A DNA stretch of 64,000 nt from a virus. The position numbers and the translations under genes are program-made. Below the pieces are notes generated by a model. It was not told where the DNA came from, did not search any database, and saw nothing but the letters and a program-made list of their open reading frames with translations. Within the stretch, counting starts at the first letter, position 1, and every line of letters starts with the position of its first letter. The stretch spans positions 1 through 64,000 of the IMG/VR virus record IMGVR_UViG_3300033150_001135; one strand, given 5' to 3'. Below, piece after piece: positions 36,660-46,837 of the stretch.

Positions 36660-38486
36660 ATGGCTATATCATTCGACGCATCGAGCCACGACAAAGACAG
36701 TGACGTCTCATCGCTGACTTTTTCACACACAGTAGGTTCTGGAAGCAACAGAATTCTGGTCGTCGGAATCTATAATAAAAGCGGAGGTGACCTTGTTACT
36801 AGCGTAACGTTCAATGGAACCGCACTCACTAGGCTAGGGACAGCAAGCGGAGGGAGTCTTAACCAAGGATACTTATACTATCTTCTGAATCCGGACACAG
36901 GGACTCATAACATTGTCGTAACGCTTTCTGGTGAAACGACAGCACTTCATGCGGCAGCGGCGTCGTTTTTTGGTGTTGATAGTTTAGATAACTTAGATAC
37001 CGATAGCGGGACTAATGGGTATCGTTCTTTAAGTATTTCTGGTCTAGGAAGCGGCGATTGGTGTGTAGGGATTTGCGCTCATACGTCAGGGACAAGCTGT
37101 ACGTTGGATGCTGGAGACGACAAAAGAGCCGAGGAATGGGGGGTCACGGTCGCTACGGATGATGACGGAAGCCTTGGTTTTACTTTCACTGATAGTCAAT
37201 CATCAGCGGTGGGTGGACGTTTAGTATCATTTATTGAAGAACATTCTGGTTCAGGAACAATATCTGGAACCGGTAGTCTTGTTGTATCTGGAATAAAAGA
37301 AGGAATTGGAACTGGTACAATATCTGGAACCGGTAGTCTTGTTGTATCTGGAATAAAAGAAGGAATTGGAACTGGTACAATATCTGGAGGTGGTTCCTTG
37401 ACCGGTAGCGGTATAGCTTGTATTCCTGTTTTTGTTTTTGAAAAGGAGCTTACAAGTAACTTTCAATACATAGAAAATATTGATGAAGTTCGAAACCATA
37501 TTGTTGTAGAGGGCGAAAAGTATACAATTCTTGACGATATAGTTAGACTAGCAAGTGGTGAAGATATGATGGATGAAAGTATTGAAGACCGTCATCTTAA
37601 GCAAGTGGTGACTGAGTTACCTTACGAGGCTCAGGAGGTAGTAACTCCATCTAGAGATGTTATAGTGCCTTTCTATCTTCCTAGTAGTTTGTTAACAGTT
37701 AACTACGTAGAAATGAATCTTTATTTCCCTGGTTTGCAGGATGGGGACTATCCGAAAAACAGTCCGAATATTTATTTGACACCGACGAATTGGATGATGC
37801 TGGTTAAGAAAAATGGAAGTTTTGTTGATCCTGGAAATGAAATTGATTTTGAGGTTGGAACGGGAGCGAATGGGTCAGATTACTGGTGGTATCGGGGATT
37901 TTTAAGGTATCATTTGGCCTCATTATTTGGGTTTAAGGTTGATAAGGCGGAGTTACATTGGAGCCTCAGAAATAAGGCGTTTCGAGGTTCGGGGGCGAAT
38001 GCTCAGCATTCTATTGATTTGGATTCTATCAATGATTTTGGGACACCGAGCAGTTCTATGTGGGGTATGGCGACGGAGGTCGATCATGGAGTGATTCAGG
38101 AGTATACAGATAGTAATTATGGTTCGTATTTAAAAGCGGTGACAGAGAGAGTTTCTAGTTTAGTAGGTGAGTTGACGAGTTATGCTTGTTTTAGACTGAG
38201 AAGTGATAGTGAGCCTACGGATGTCAATAATGCGAATAATTATCGCTACCAGATTCCTTGGACACTTTATGTGGAACTTTCAGAAGATACATCGGAGAGT
38301 GTATCGGTGTATGCGGATAATGGTTCAGGGTTTGGTTCATGTTTAGGGTCCTATAATTCAGACCAAGAGGAGATTGATCTGACTTCTCAATTCTCGGGAA
38401 GTGGTAGAAAGAGGATTAAACTGACCTGCTCAAAAACGAGGCGGGTCGATGTATTGATTCGAGTGGGGTTAACAATAAGCCGATGA
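36660..38486 (+). CDS. Mosaic tail fibre/receptor-binding protein carrying an internal hub fragment
   Basis: MAISFD..SLTFSHT..NRILVV domain; Gly-Ser-Thr repeats; IDEVRNHIVVEG hub-like segment; C-terminal beta-sandwich. Confidence 0.55.
   Translation: MAISFDASSHDKDSDVSSLTFSHTVGSGSNRILVVGIYNKSGGDLVTSVTFNGTALTRLGTASGGSLNQGYLYYLLNPDTGTHNIVVTLSGETTALHAAAASFFGVDSLDNLDTDSGTNGYRSLSISGLGSGDWCVGICAHTSGTSCTLDAGDDKRAEEWGVTVATDDDGSLGFTFTDSQSSAVGGRLVSFIEEHSGSGTISGTGSLVVSGIKEGIGTGTISGTGSLVVSGIKEGIGTGTISGGGSLTGSGIACIPVFVFEKELTSNFQYIENIDEVRNHIVVEGEKYTILDDIVRLASGEDMMDESIEDRHLKQVVTELPYEAQEVVTPSRDVIVPFYLPSSLLTVNYVEMNLYFPGLQDGDYPKNSPNIYLTPTNWMMLVKKNGSFVDPGNEIDFEVGTGANGSDYWWYRGFLRYHLASLFGFKVDKAELHWSLRNKAFRGSGANAQHSIDLDSINDFGTPSSSMWGMATEVDHGVIQEYTDSNYGSYLKAVTERVSSLVGELTSYACFRLRSDSEPTDVNNANNYRYQIPWTLYVELSEDTSESVSVYADNGSGFGSCLGSYNSDQEEIDLTSQFSGSGRKRIKLTCSKTRRVDVLIRVGLTISR
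37261..37380 (+). repeat. 60-bp exact tandem duplication (ISGTGSLVVSGIKEGIGTGT x2)
   Basis: 37261-37320 identical to 37321-37380. Confidence 0.95.
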
Positions 38487-38625
38487 ATATTATATTGTTT
38501 ATTGTACTAGTAATACTTTCTTTAATTGTTTTAGTATTACTTTGGAGTCTTTGGAAAGTTGGATGGGATATAGTAGCTTATGTTTTGACGCAGTTTAAGA
38601 ATGAGTTGAAGGGGGGGAAAAGGCA

Positions 38626-39000
38626 ATGACAGAAAACAATTTTGAAGAAGTTGAGAAAACAGTAAAAAAGAAGTATCAAGGAGAAGCTACTGCAACACAA
38701 GTTGAGATTGATGCTGTTGGTGGAGAGAAAACCTTGCTAATTAGTAATGTTCTTTTTCAAACAAATACTGTAGCACAAAGTATGGCTGACTTACTTCTTA
38801 ATCGATTGAAGGAAAGAAAGGATTACTTTGAAGTATTTATCGAATTTTGTCCTGTACCAATTGAAATAGGAGATATTGTTCGTATCCAAGAGTATGTAAG
38901 GCATGATAGATTAATTTGGCATATTTGTCGAGTTCGACAAATAAGGTTATCTATAACATCTAGTAATCAATCAATGAGTTTGGTTGTAGAGGAGGTTTGA
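38626..39000 (+). CDS. Tail-tip hub, C-terminal fragment
   Basis: GEKTL.ISN.LFQ..AQ.MAD.LL.RLK...P.IEIGD.VRI. Confidence 0.55.
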   Translation: MTENNFEEVEKTVKKKYQGEATATQVEIDAVGGEKTLLISNVLFQTNTVAQSMADLLLNRLKERKDYFEVFIEFCPVPIEIGDIVRIQEYVRHDRLIWHICRVRQIRLSITSSNQSMSLVVEEV

Positions 39001-39061
39001 ATGTATTTAAGTTTTCGTAAAAGGTGGAAAAGGAGTAGGAAGGGGGTAAAGAATATTTTTT

Positions 39062-40312
39062 ATGGGTTTTAGTTTGGATAGGAGGTTAAGTAAAATGATA
39101 TTTCTAATAAGTATTTGTATTATTGTTCTTGTAGGAGTAGTAGGCTACTTCTATTGGCGTAGCCACACGTATACGCCTGAACCCCAACCCATTCCACCTG
39201 ATCCTTTAGAACCTTCTGAGCCTGAAACTAAAACGGTTGTAAAGGAACTTCAACCACAAGAGATCAAGAAGAAGATAGGACGTCCTTTCTATCTAGCGAA
39301 TCTATTTGTTCCAGAATTGTTATGGTCTAGTCGAATTTCTTCTAAACAGAGAAAAGAATTACTAGATACTTATGTTACGAAAGAAGCGGGTAACTCTATG
39401 AGGGTGTTTCTATTCAGTCAGTGCTGGGGGTGGAAGTATTGTAAGTGGAATCTTGAGCCGTTTAGAAGGGACGATAATGGTAAGTATATTATGCCTCAAC
39501 CTTACCAAGCTTCTTCTACTATAGGTAACTTTATAAACGTTGACTGGGAAAGTAAAGTTATAGAGGTTATAAATGATATTACTGAGAGAAAAATAACAGT
39601 TATTATTTCGTTGTGGGATAATTGTGGATTTCATCGTAGAAGTAACTCTGCTTGGGGACGGCATTTCCTGAATCCTAGTAACAGTTATATTTCCTTAAGT
39701 AGTAAAAATTATGCTTACTACTTGTACGCCGACCAACAACAAGTTGACCAAGAAATGAAGAACACTGGTAAGGTTGTTGAGGCAATGACCGAGTACATGC
39801 TTCGGCAAATTTGGAACTCTTTGAATGAGGAGCAAAAGAAGTATGTTACTATTGAGTTATGTAATGAAGGACAAGCAGGACAATCGTGGCACGATCGAAT
39901 GTATAATGTTATTAGGGAAGCATTAGGGGGAGTTGCTCTATCCAAATATAGACTTTTTACATCTACTGCTAAACGAATACGTGACAAGTTTACTCCTGTT
40001 ATACACCAAGTGGGAACGGTAGATAGGTACACCAATAAAGTACCTAGTTATGTATGTGGGATTTCTACTGATGGATATAGAAAGTATGATGAAAGTGGTA
40101 ATAGGATACCGATAGATACAACAGTTGCTAGGAAGATACTGACGAAAACCTTCGATGATGGGCATATTTTGTTTGAAGACTTGCATGGGCATTGTCAGGA
40201 TCACGTAAGACTTCCCAAAGCTGGGCAGTTTTGGTATGATTTTTCGGCAATAAGGTGGGATTCTATGCAAGTGGTAGCTGATCGGTTACGGGAGAAGATA
40301 GAAACTCAGTAA
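39062..40312 (+). CDS. Membrane-anchored glycoside-hydrolase-like TIM-barrel protein
   Basis: N-terminal TM helix, Pro/Glu linker, NSMRVFL, ISLWD, IELCNE (clan GH-A-like NE). Confidence 0.5.
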   Translation: MGFSLDRRLSKMIFLISICIIVLVGVVGYFYWRSHTYTPEPQPIPPDPLEPSEPETKTVVKELQPQEIKKKIGRPFYLANLFVPELLWSSRISSKQRKELLDTYVTKEAGNSMRVFLFSQCWGWKYCKWNLEPFRRDDNGKYIMPQPYQASSTIGNFINVDWESKVIEVINDITERKITVIISLWDNCGFHRRSNSAWGRHFLNPSNSYISLSSKNYAYYLYADQQQVDQEMKNTGKVVEAMTEYMLRQIWNSLNEEQKKYVTIELCNEGQAGQSWHDRMYNVIREALGGVALSKYRLFTSTAKRIRDKFTPVIHQVGTVDRYTNKVPSYVCGISTDGYRKYDESGNRIPIDTTVARKILTKTFDDGHILFEDLHGHCQDHVRLPKAGQFWYDFSAIRWDSMQVVADRLREKIETQ

Positions 40313-40340
40313 CTGGAATACATTAAGGAGACGTGACAAT

Positions 40341-40757
40341 ATGAAGGACAAAATTAATGGTTATAATTCTAAGAGTAGAGAGTGGGAGGGGAAAGTTAAT
40401 GAGTTCAGAGGCTATATGTGTGAGAAAGTAGAGGATCTTGATCACAAGATTGAAAAGAATGATGAAAGGATTCATAAGATTCTACAACAACAAAGCTCTG
40501 ACATAAAAGATATAAAGAACTGCTTAATAAATCTAAAAACAGAGTTTCTTAAGCGCCCTGCTGAGTGCCCTTTAAATAACCGTATTGAAAAATTAGATGA
40601 AAAGATTACAGAAACTAACGAAAGAGTCGATCCTATAGAAGTCTACGTTATAGAGAAGAAGGGACTAAGAAGGGCAAAGGAAGTTTTACTAAGTTTTGTT
40701 AGTAGCATTATTGGTGGTATCGTTACGTTGGTCTCTTATCTTTTTATTAGACAGTAA
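40341..40757 (+). CDS. Coiled-coil protein with C-terminal TM helix (holin/lysis-like)
   Basis: Architecture and position at the end of the structural module. Confidence 0.45.
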   Translation: MKDKINGYNSKSREWEGKVNEFRGYMCEKVEDLDHKIEKNDERIHKILQQQSSDIKDIKNCLINLKTEFLKRPAECPLNNRIEKLDEKITETNERVDPIEVYVIEKKGLRRAKEVLLSFVSSIIGGIVTLVSYLFIRQ

Positions 40758-40779
40758 CGAGGAAAAGAATTGAAGAGGG

Positions 40780-41076
40780 ATGAGAAGAATGAGTGATGAG
40801 ATATCGTTGGCTAGTGTAGAGGAAGCTATACTAGATCAAGTTAAGTTTGTGGATATAGTGCTAGAAGAGGCACGAAAACGTGACAAGATTCTTAAAAAGA
40901 AACTAGGTATGAGCTATGCTAAATACGTTGGCTTAGCAGCTCCTTTTGAGGAATTGATCTGCTCTACTAGAAAAGTGAAAGCAGAGTTTGACAGCTATCT
41001 TCGAATAGTTAGAGAACAAATTACAGTTACAGAGAGTAAACGACAAAAACGTAAGCGAAGAAGTAAGAAGTACTAG
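40780..41076 (+). CDS. Hypothetical protein
   Basis: ORF track. Confidence 0.45.
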   Translation: MRRMSDEISLASVEEAILDQVKFVDIVLEEARKRDKILKKKLGMSYAKYVGLAAPFEELICSTRKVKAEFDSYLRIVREQITVTESKRQKRKRRSKKY

Positions 41077-41112
41077 AAGCAAAACAAGACCTACCTTATT
41101 TTGATCTTATAC

Positions 41113-41141
41113 TTGATTTTTCTAACAAAGTTCCTTATAAT
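41113..41141 (+). promoter_or_regulatory. Sigma70-type promoter P1
   Basis: TTGATT-17 bp-TATAAT; differs by one base from 57247-57275. Confidence 0.8.
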
Positions 41142-41210
41142 ATAAAGGAATATGAGAATAGAATTAGTAGTTCTGATAACAACATCAATGTATTCTATTT
41201 TTCATAACTT

Positions 41211-41335
41211 TAACTCTTTTATTATTAATGGTTTACAAAATGAGTTCGAATTTTTTATAGGAACTTGGAATTTTTTAAAAAATTTTAAAAATTTTTTTCC
41301 TTCTAACTCTTTTATTATTAATAATTTACAAAAAA
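41211..41335. repeat. Two copies of an imperfect palindrome TAACTCTTTTATTATTAAT..TTTACAAAA in an AT-rich tract
   Basis: Copies begin at 41211 and 41304, between the two promoters. Confidence 0.75.
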
Positions 41336-41360
41336 CTTGTAAAAAAATTCAAAAAAAGTC

Positions 41361-41389
41361 TTGATTTTTGTAAAAAAGTATCCTATTAT
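41361..41389 (+). promoter_or_regulatory. Sigma70-type early promoter P2 with A-tract UP element
   Basis: TTGATT-17 bp-TATTAT. Confidence 0.75.
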
Positions 41390-41425
41390 ATTATTGAAAT
41401 GATCAAAATAGGGAGGAAAGAAACA

Positions 41426-41650
41426 ATGAGAATACGAACTAAGTTACGGCGACTTGAGCCAGAGGCAGCGGTAAACTATCTTTGGACAGAGATTGACCCA
41501 GAGACGATCCCGTTGGAAGATGTAAAGTCTCTGGCACTGATTGTAAGAAACCGTAGGCGAGATCCTTTAGGATTCTTGGGATTAGAGATCGCATGGTGGT
41601 TGCGAGCCAACCAGTCTTTAATCAGGAAAAGAATAAAAAAGGAATTATAA
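41426..41650 (+). CDS. Early hypothetical protein
   Basis: Start placed after the RBS motif. Confidence 0.55.
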   Translation: MRIRTKLRRLEPEAAVNYLWTEIDPETIPLEDVKSLALIVRNRRRDPLGFLGLEIAWWLRANQSLIRKRIKKEL

Positions 41651-41661
41651 AGGAGGAAAGA

Positions 41662-42383
41662 ATGACAAAAACAAAACAAATCGTAAGTTACGAACTTCTC
41701 AAAGAAATCAGTGACCGAACGTATCAGAGACGAAGAGAAGCCGAAAGAGAATGTAGACGAAGAGAGAGGTTAAGGAAGGAAGCACAAGGAGTAGACAAAA
41801 GAAAACTTAGGAATATTTATAAGGATATTGAAAGGAAAGGGATATCAAGGAGCTCGAACCAGATGAAATAGTAGACTTTGGTGCAGGTTCTTACCAGGAT
41901 GAATGTGCTTGTGTTAGAGTGGAAAGAACTTGGCTTGACGAGAACAAGAATACTCCATTATTTCTTGTTGACGATGAAGATCCTATGACATCAGTACCTA
42001 GAATTGTAGCCCACGTCTATCGTACAATCATTGATGACGTACTACAGTATGGTTATACTCCAGAGTTTTTCCAAAAGAGAGAAAGAGAGATGAGGGATAA
42101 CAAAGACAGAGAATGGCTTATGGTTACCGACCGTTTCCATCTAACGGTGGAAATGATTGGAGGTAAACCTTGTTATGATATCCGAGAACACAGTAGTACA
42201 TCAGATGATCTCGATGGACGTAAAATTGGTGAGATCAAACAAGGCTACCGAGGAGCAGACGTATTATTTACTAAACGGATAATGTTCAATTCCTCGGAAT
42301 TGAAAGAGATCGTAAAACTAATTGATAAAGCACGGATTCATTTTAGAAGTTGGCTAAATAGAAAATCAAACAAAAATGACTGA
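41662..42383 (+). pseudogene. Early gene split by a 5-bp duplication; C-terminal part PC4/YdbC-like
   Basis: AAAGG duplicated at 41831-41840; removing it joins the 41662 frame to the 41919 frame without stops; YDIREH..TKRI.F..EL motif. Confidence 0.55.
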
Positions 42384-44145
42384 AAGAAGGAGAGAGATGA
42401 GGGATAACCAATTCAATACATCTACAGAGCTTCAACGCCTAAAAAAAATCATTCGGAGGAGACGATTCGATCTAGTTGAGAGAATCACAAACGAGATCGG
42501 AGCCATAGTTGATGAGTTGATGGAAAGGGAAGGAGTTGAATACGGTGCAAATTATCCACACTTTGTGGATGAGGGAATTGAAGAAATATGTCAAATTTTA
42601 AAAGAGGAATTATAAAGGAGGAAAGAAATGAAAGAAACGAAAACCAGGTGTTCTGGGATAAATGTAGGTATTTACAGGATTGATTTTAAAGTTGACGACG
42701 AGGGGAATAATTATTTTGATTTCTTGTTGGAGCAACTAGCGATTCCAGTGGAACAACAAAAAAACATTGAAGAAATAGAATTAACGGTCACTAAGTATGA
42801 GGTATATCATAACTAATGAAACTAAAAGCAAAGACCAGAGGAACTGATTCTTCTGGTCTTATGGTAAGTAACAAAACAAGGAGGAAAGAAACAATGACAG
42901 AAAAGTACTACTATTACCAAACTTTACCTTTGGAGGAGAAGATTCGGCTTCTTGACGAAGCTCAGTCGATCCTTCACGAGGAAAAGGAGTCGATTGAGGA
43001 ATCGCTTCATGGCATAGAGGTGACACTTAGAGACCTCGATCGTATGTATGGCACTTCAATGCTCACGAGAGCCGAGAGTTACTGGCTCTCTCACATCAAG
43101 GAGGCTCTGGGCAACGGGTCGTCTTCAATATGTTCGCTTGACGACACACTCAAAGAAGTTCGTAAGCTTCATTCCAGTGAAATGTCGAAAGTGAGGTGGT
43201 AAGGATGCGAAGTAGTAAGAAAGAAGAAATCATTGAGTTTGTAAATTCACCCAGAGGAAACTACATTATCAGTCAGGCACTCTGTATCGCTGTGGATAAA
43301 CTAAGATCAAAACCAGCGAAGGAACGTGAGGAATCAAACATCATGGACATGGAGTACTTGATCGAACATGCATTTCCTATATACAGGGATGTTACTGGTT
43401 GGAAGGAAGCGATGGATGAACTCTTATTGAAGGAGAGGAAACGAAGTGACTGAGAGAAAGTGTCCAGTTTGTGACAAGGAAAATATGACCTATCCAGAAT
43501 GTGATTGGAGTACGGGATTCATTTTCTGTGACGGTTGTATGAGGAAAGCTGAAAAAATTTACCTTAACAAAGTAAAAGGAATGGATGAATCCGATAACTT
43601 TGTATGCTGGCTACGCAGTATAGCCGAAGCTAGAGAAGCAACTATGGCTATAAAAAAAGGAGGAAAGAAAGAATGAAAAAATTAACTGAAATGGATAAGC
43701 AAGAAATTATGAGTTATGTGGCTAGGTGCCGGAAACGGCAAGAGAAGTTCCAACCTGGTAGCAGAAACCATCAGAAAGAATCTAAAAGAATTAGAAATGC
43801 AGCAAAGCAAATGAAAAAACTTCAAAGGCAAGAGGCAGAAATATGAAATCTAACCAGGAACTTAGAAAGGAGTGGGGAAAGTTAGTAAGGGAAACTTTAC
43901 GTGATCCTTGTGAATCTGAGATCAGAAAGAAACTTGAGTCGATCAATTTTAGTTACGAGAAAGTAGTTATGAATGAGAAGGGGCGGTACACAGTGAGACA
44001 TTATCCTAATCTCCTTAAACGTTTCTATCAACTAGCAGGTATGGAACCAGAAACGATTAGTCGACAAAGACAGAAAATGTTTCTACATGAATACAAACTA
44101 GCTACAGCAGAGGAAAAGAAACGATTCAGAAGCAAATTCAAATGA
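42376..44145 (+). CDS. Run of seven small early hypothetical genes (42376/42397-42615, 42628-42816, 42894-43202, 43205-43453, 43446-43676, 43673-43846, 43843-44145)
   Basis: Tightly packed ORFs with RBS or stop/start overlaps; 43446 carries CxxC..CxxC. Confidence 0.55.
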
Positions 44146-44249
44146 CAATACTAAATGGTGAGTCAAGAGGAAATGAAGCAAGCATCATTTCCTCTGTAAA
44201 CCACAATGAAGAGGGTGACAAGTCCCTCACAAAGGAGGAAAGTAAAACA

Positions 44250-45656
44250 ATGAAAAAGAATTGGTTTGAAGTTTCCAGAGAAGGGCTTAAGGAACTTCAA
44301 GCAGGAAAACCTAAGGATTTTGTAGTACGTGAGTTAGTTCAAAATGCTTGGGACGAGGAGACCACGAATTGCTATCTTAGAATTACACGACTTGGAAACG
44401 GAGTCACTGAAATCACAGTAGAAGACGACAGTCCAGAAGGATTTAGAGACATTACTCATGCCTTTACCTTGTTCGCTCCCACTTACAAAAGATCAGATCC
44501 AGAGAAACGAGGTAGATTTAACATTGGGGAAAAGCAAGTGTTGGCTATCTGTGATGAAGCTGTTGTTTCTACTACAAAAGGAACAATAGTATTCTCATCA
44601 GAAGGAAGAGAGCAGAAACCGTTGAAACGTAAGGCAGGTAGTACTATTCAAGTAAAGTTGCGAATGAACAAAGAAGAATACGAACAAATGCTAAACTCTA
44701 CTCTTCTATATCTGCCTCCGAAAGGAGTGAATTTCCAAGTGAACGATCGTCGTATTCTATACAGAGAGCCATACAAAGTGCTTGATGCTTTGTTACTTAC
44801 AGATATCCAAAAAGAGCAAAGAGTGATCAGAGACTACAGAAAAACTAAGGTACATCTTCATAAGGTTGAGGATGGTATTGCTTATCTTTACGAATTAGGT
44901 CTTCCTGTTTGTAAAATTGATTGTCCCTATCACGTGGATGTTCAGCAAAAAGTACCCATGTCAGTAGACCGAAACAAAATATCCAGAGGCTACTTACAAA
45001 AGTTGCTCACTTACGTCCTTAACGAAGTTTACGATGATGTTGATTCTAGTAGTACTTCGGAGCTTTGGATTAGAGAAGCATTGAGTAGTAAAATAATTAA
45101 AGAGGATGCCGTTCGCTCTATCATTAAGAAACGTTATGGAAGTAAGGTTGTTGTAGCAACACCAGGAGATCGAAGATCAGTTGATGCTGCATTATCCCAC
45201 GGATACCGAGTATTATATGGTAACGAATTGTCCAGTCCTGAGTGGGAAAACATTCGTAAAGCAAATGCTATCAAGTCTGCTAGTACAATGTTTCCTTCCG
45301 ATCCTACTGATAATGCTGTTGCGGTAGAGAGGGACGAGAACATGGTTAAAGTTAAGGAACTTGTTAAAAGGATTGCTCGTCGGTGCTTAGGGGTAGATGT
45401 AAAAGTTAGTTTTATGAGTTGGGACAGTAAAGTTTACGCACAATACGGGCATCGAACCATTACGTTTAATGTCAAACAGTTAGGTAGACAATTCTTTAAC
45501 CCTCCTCTTAGCGCTAGGATTATTGATCTAGTAGTTCATGAATTGGCACATGAGAAAGGATACCACACAGAAACCAGCTACCAAGATTGTATTACTAGAA
45601 TGGCAGGCGAGTTGGTAATGGTTGCTTTAAAAGAACCAGAGTTTTTTAAGAGGTAA
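44250..45656 (+). CDS. GHKL (HATPase_c) ATPase with C-terminal HExxH metallopeptidase-like domain
   Basis: ELVQNAWDE, VEDD..GF, RGRFNIGEK, GS; VHELAHE; start reassigned to follow the RBS. Confidence 0.75.
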   Translation: MKKNWFEVSREGLKELQAGKPKDFVVRELVQNAWDEETTNCYLRITRLGNGVTEITVEDDSPEGFRDITHAFTLFAPTYKRSDPEKRGRFNIGEKQVLAICDEAVVSTTKGTIVFSSEGREQKPLKRKAGSTIQVKLRMNKEEYEQMLNSTLLYLPPKGVNFQVNDRRILYREPYKVLDALLLTDIQKEQRVIRDYRKTKVHLHKVEDGIAYLYELGLPVCKIDCPYHVDVQQKVPMSVDRNKISRGYLQKLLTYVLNEVYDDVDSSSTSELWIREALSSKIIKEDAVRSIIKKRYGSKVVVATPGDRRSVDAALSHGYRVLYGNELSSPEWENIRKANAIKSASTMFPSDPTDNAVAVERDENMVKVKELVKRIARRCLGVDVKVSFMSWDSKVYAQYGHRTITFNVKQLGRQFFNPPLSARIIDLVVHELAHEKGYHTETSYQDCITRMAGELVMVALKEPEFFKR

Positions 45657-45688
45657 GAGAGAGAGAAAACTTAAAAAAGGAGAAAACA

Positions 45689-46680
45689 ATGACACCGATA
45701 CCAAAAGAAACCTTAAAAGTAGAAAAAAGAACGTGGAAATATACAAATCAATCTTTTGCTGACTGGTTTATCTATGAAAACAAGGACGATCTAGCTTTAG
45801 TTAGTCAGGAAGGTAAGATTGAACGGGTACTGCGAGGTGCTAATAAACCGGAGGAAAGAAAGTGAGAAAGAGTATTACAGAAATTAGAAAAGGATTTCAA
45901 AAACATTTCGATACCAACAACATCTTTCCAAGTATTCTAAGTACTACGGCTAATTACGACTTCGACATTATCGAGTTTGACAAATGGTTACACAGTAAAG
46001 GCTACACTGAAGAAAAGCATGGAAGTATGAAGGATTTTGTTAATCAACGTTACGGGAAAGAAGCCAGACGGTTTATTGAATCCTTACTAAAGAGTAACTA
46101 AGTAGTGGGAAACAAGAAGGAGGTACAAAGAATGGAAGAACTTAATTTAGAGATGCTATATAGAATATTCCAACCAACACCGAAACGACTTGACATTAAT
46201 ACAAATGGATATCGGACTTTACAAACTATTGGTGAGTGGTGGACACAAGGGTTTTGGGCACTTAAGGATTCCTTTGTTCCAGAGTTTATTAGAAAACAAG
46301 CTAGTACTAGCGCTCCAGAAAAGGAAGAAGTTATGCAAGGAGTTTTAGCCAAATTTCATAACAGTAGAATCACCTACAAAATTGAGAATCATATATACGT
46401 TAGCGACAATCGTCAGGATGGTATTCCAATTATTAGACTCGTTCCTGAAGGAGTATATCTTCATGAGCCAAACAAGATTTCTGAGGAAGCCGTTTACTTG
46501 AACATATACTATTTGAATATGCTACTAAAGGCAATATTTCAACATTCAAACTGTGAGAAAAACCATGAGAAACTTTTCTCATTGACTGGTAACGGTAAAC
46601 TAAACCACATGTTTGTGTCACGAGTTACTACGGATGGCAAAGAACTTGTTGGAGTCGTAATGCCCTACAACTTTGGGTAA
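45689..46680 (+). CDS. Three hypothetical genes (45689-45865, 45862-46101, 46132-46680)
   Basis: Each has an RBS. Confidence 0.5.
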
Positions 46681-46837
46681 GGAGACTAATTTTTAATGAA
46701 ATCAACTCAAACTAATAAAACTTTAAGTAAGTTAGAAGCAGAATGGTAGAAAAAATGCCTACTACTTATATGGTTAGTATCAAGTTTCTTTATGATACGA
46801 AGGAATATGAGGTAATTTTTTATTTTCTTTCATATAT

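Larger units (their letters stand above)
41412..45861 (+). promoter_or_regulatory. Seven copies of the extended RBS motif (AA)GGAGGAAAG(AAA) in front of early genes
   Basis: 41412, 41650, 42615, 42877, 43657, 44232, 45850; each lies just before a start codon. Confidence 0.9.

Noticed and set aside
41152-41364. 70-aa ORF between the promoters
   Set aside because: F/N/K-rich translation of A/T tracts and repeats; likely non-coding.
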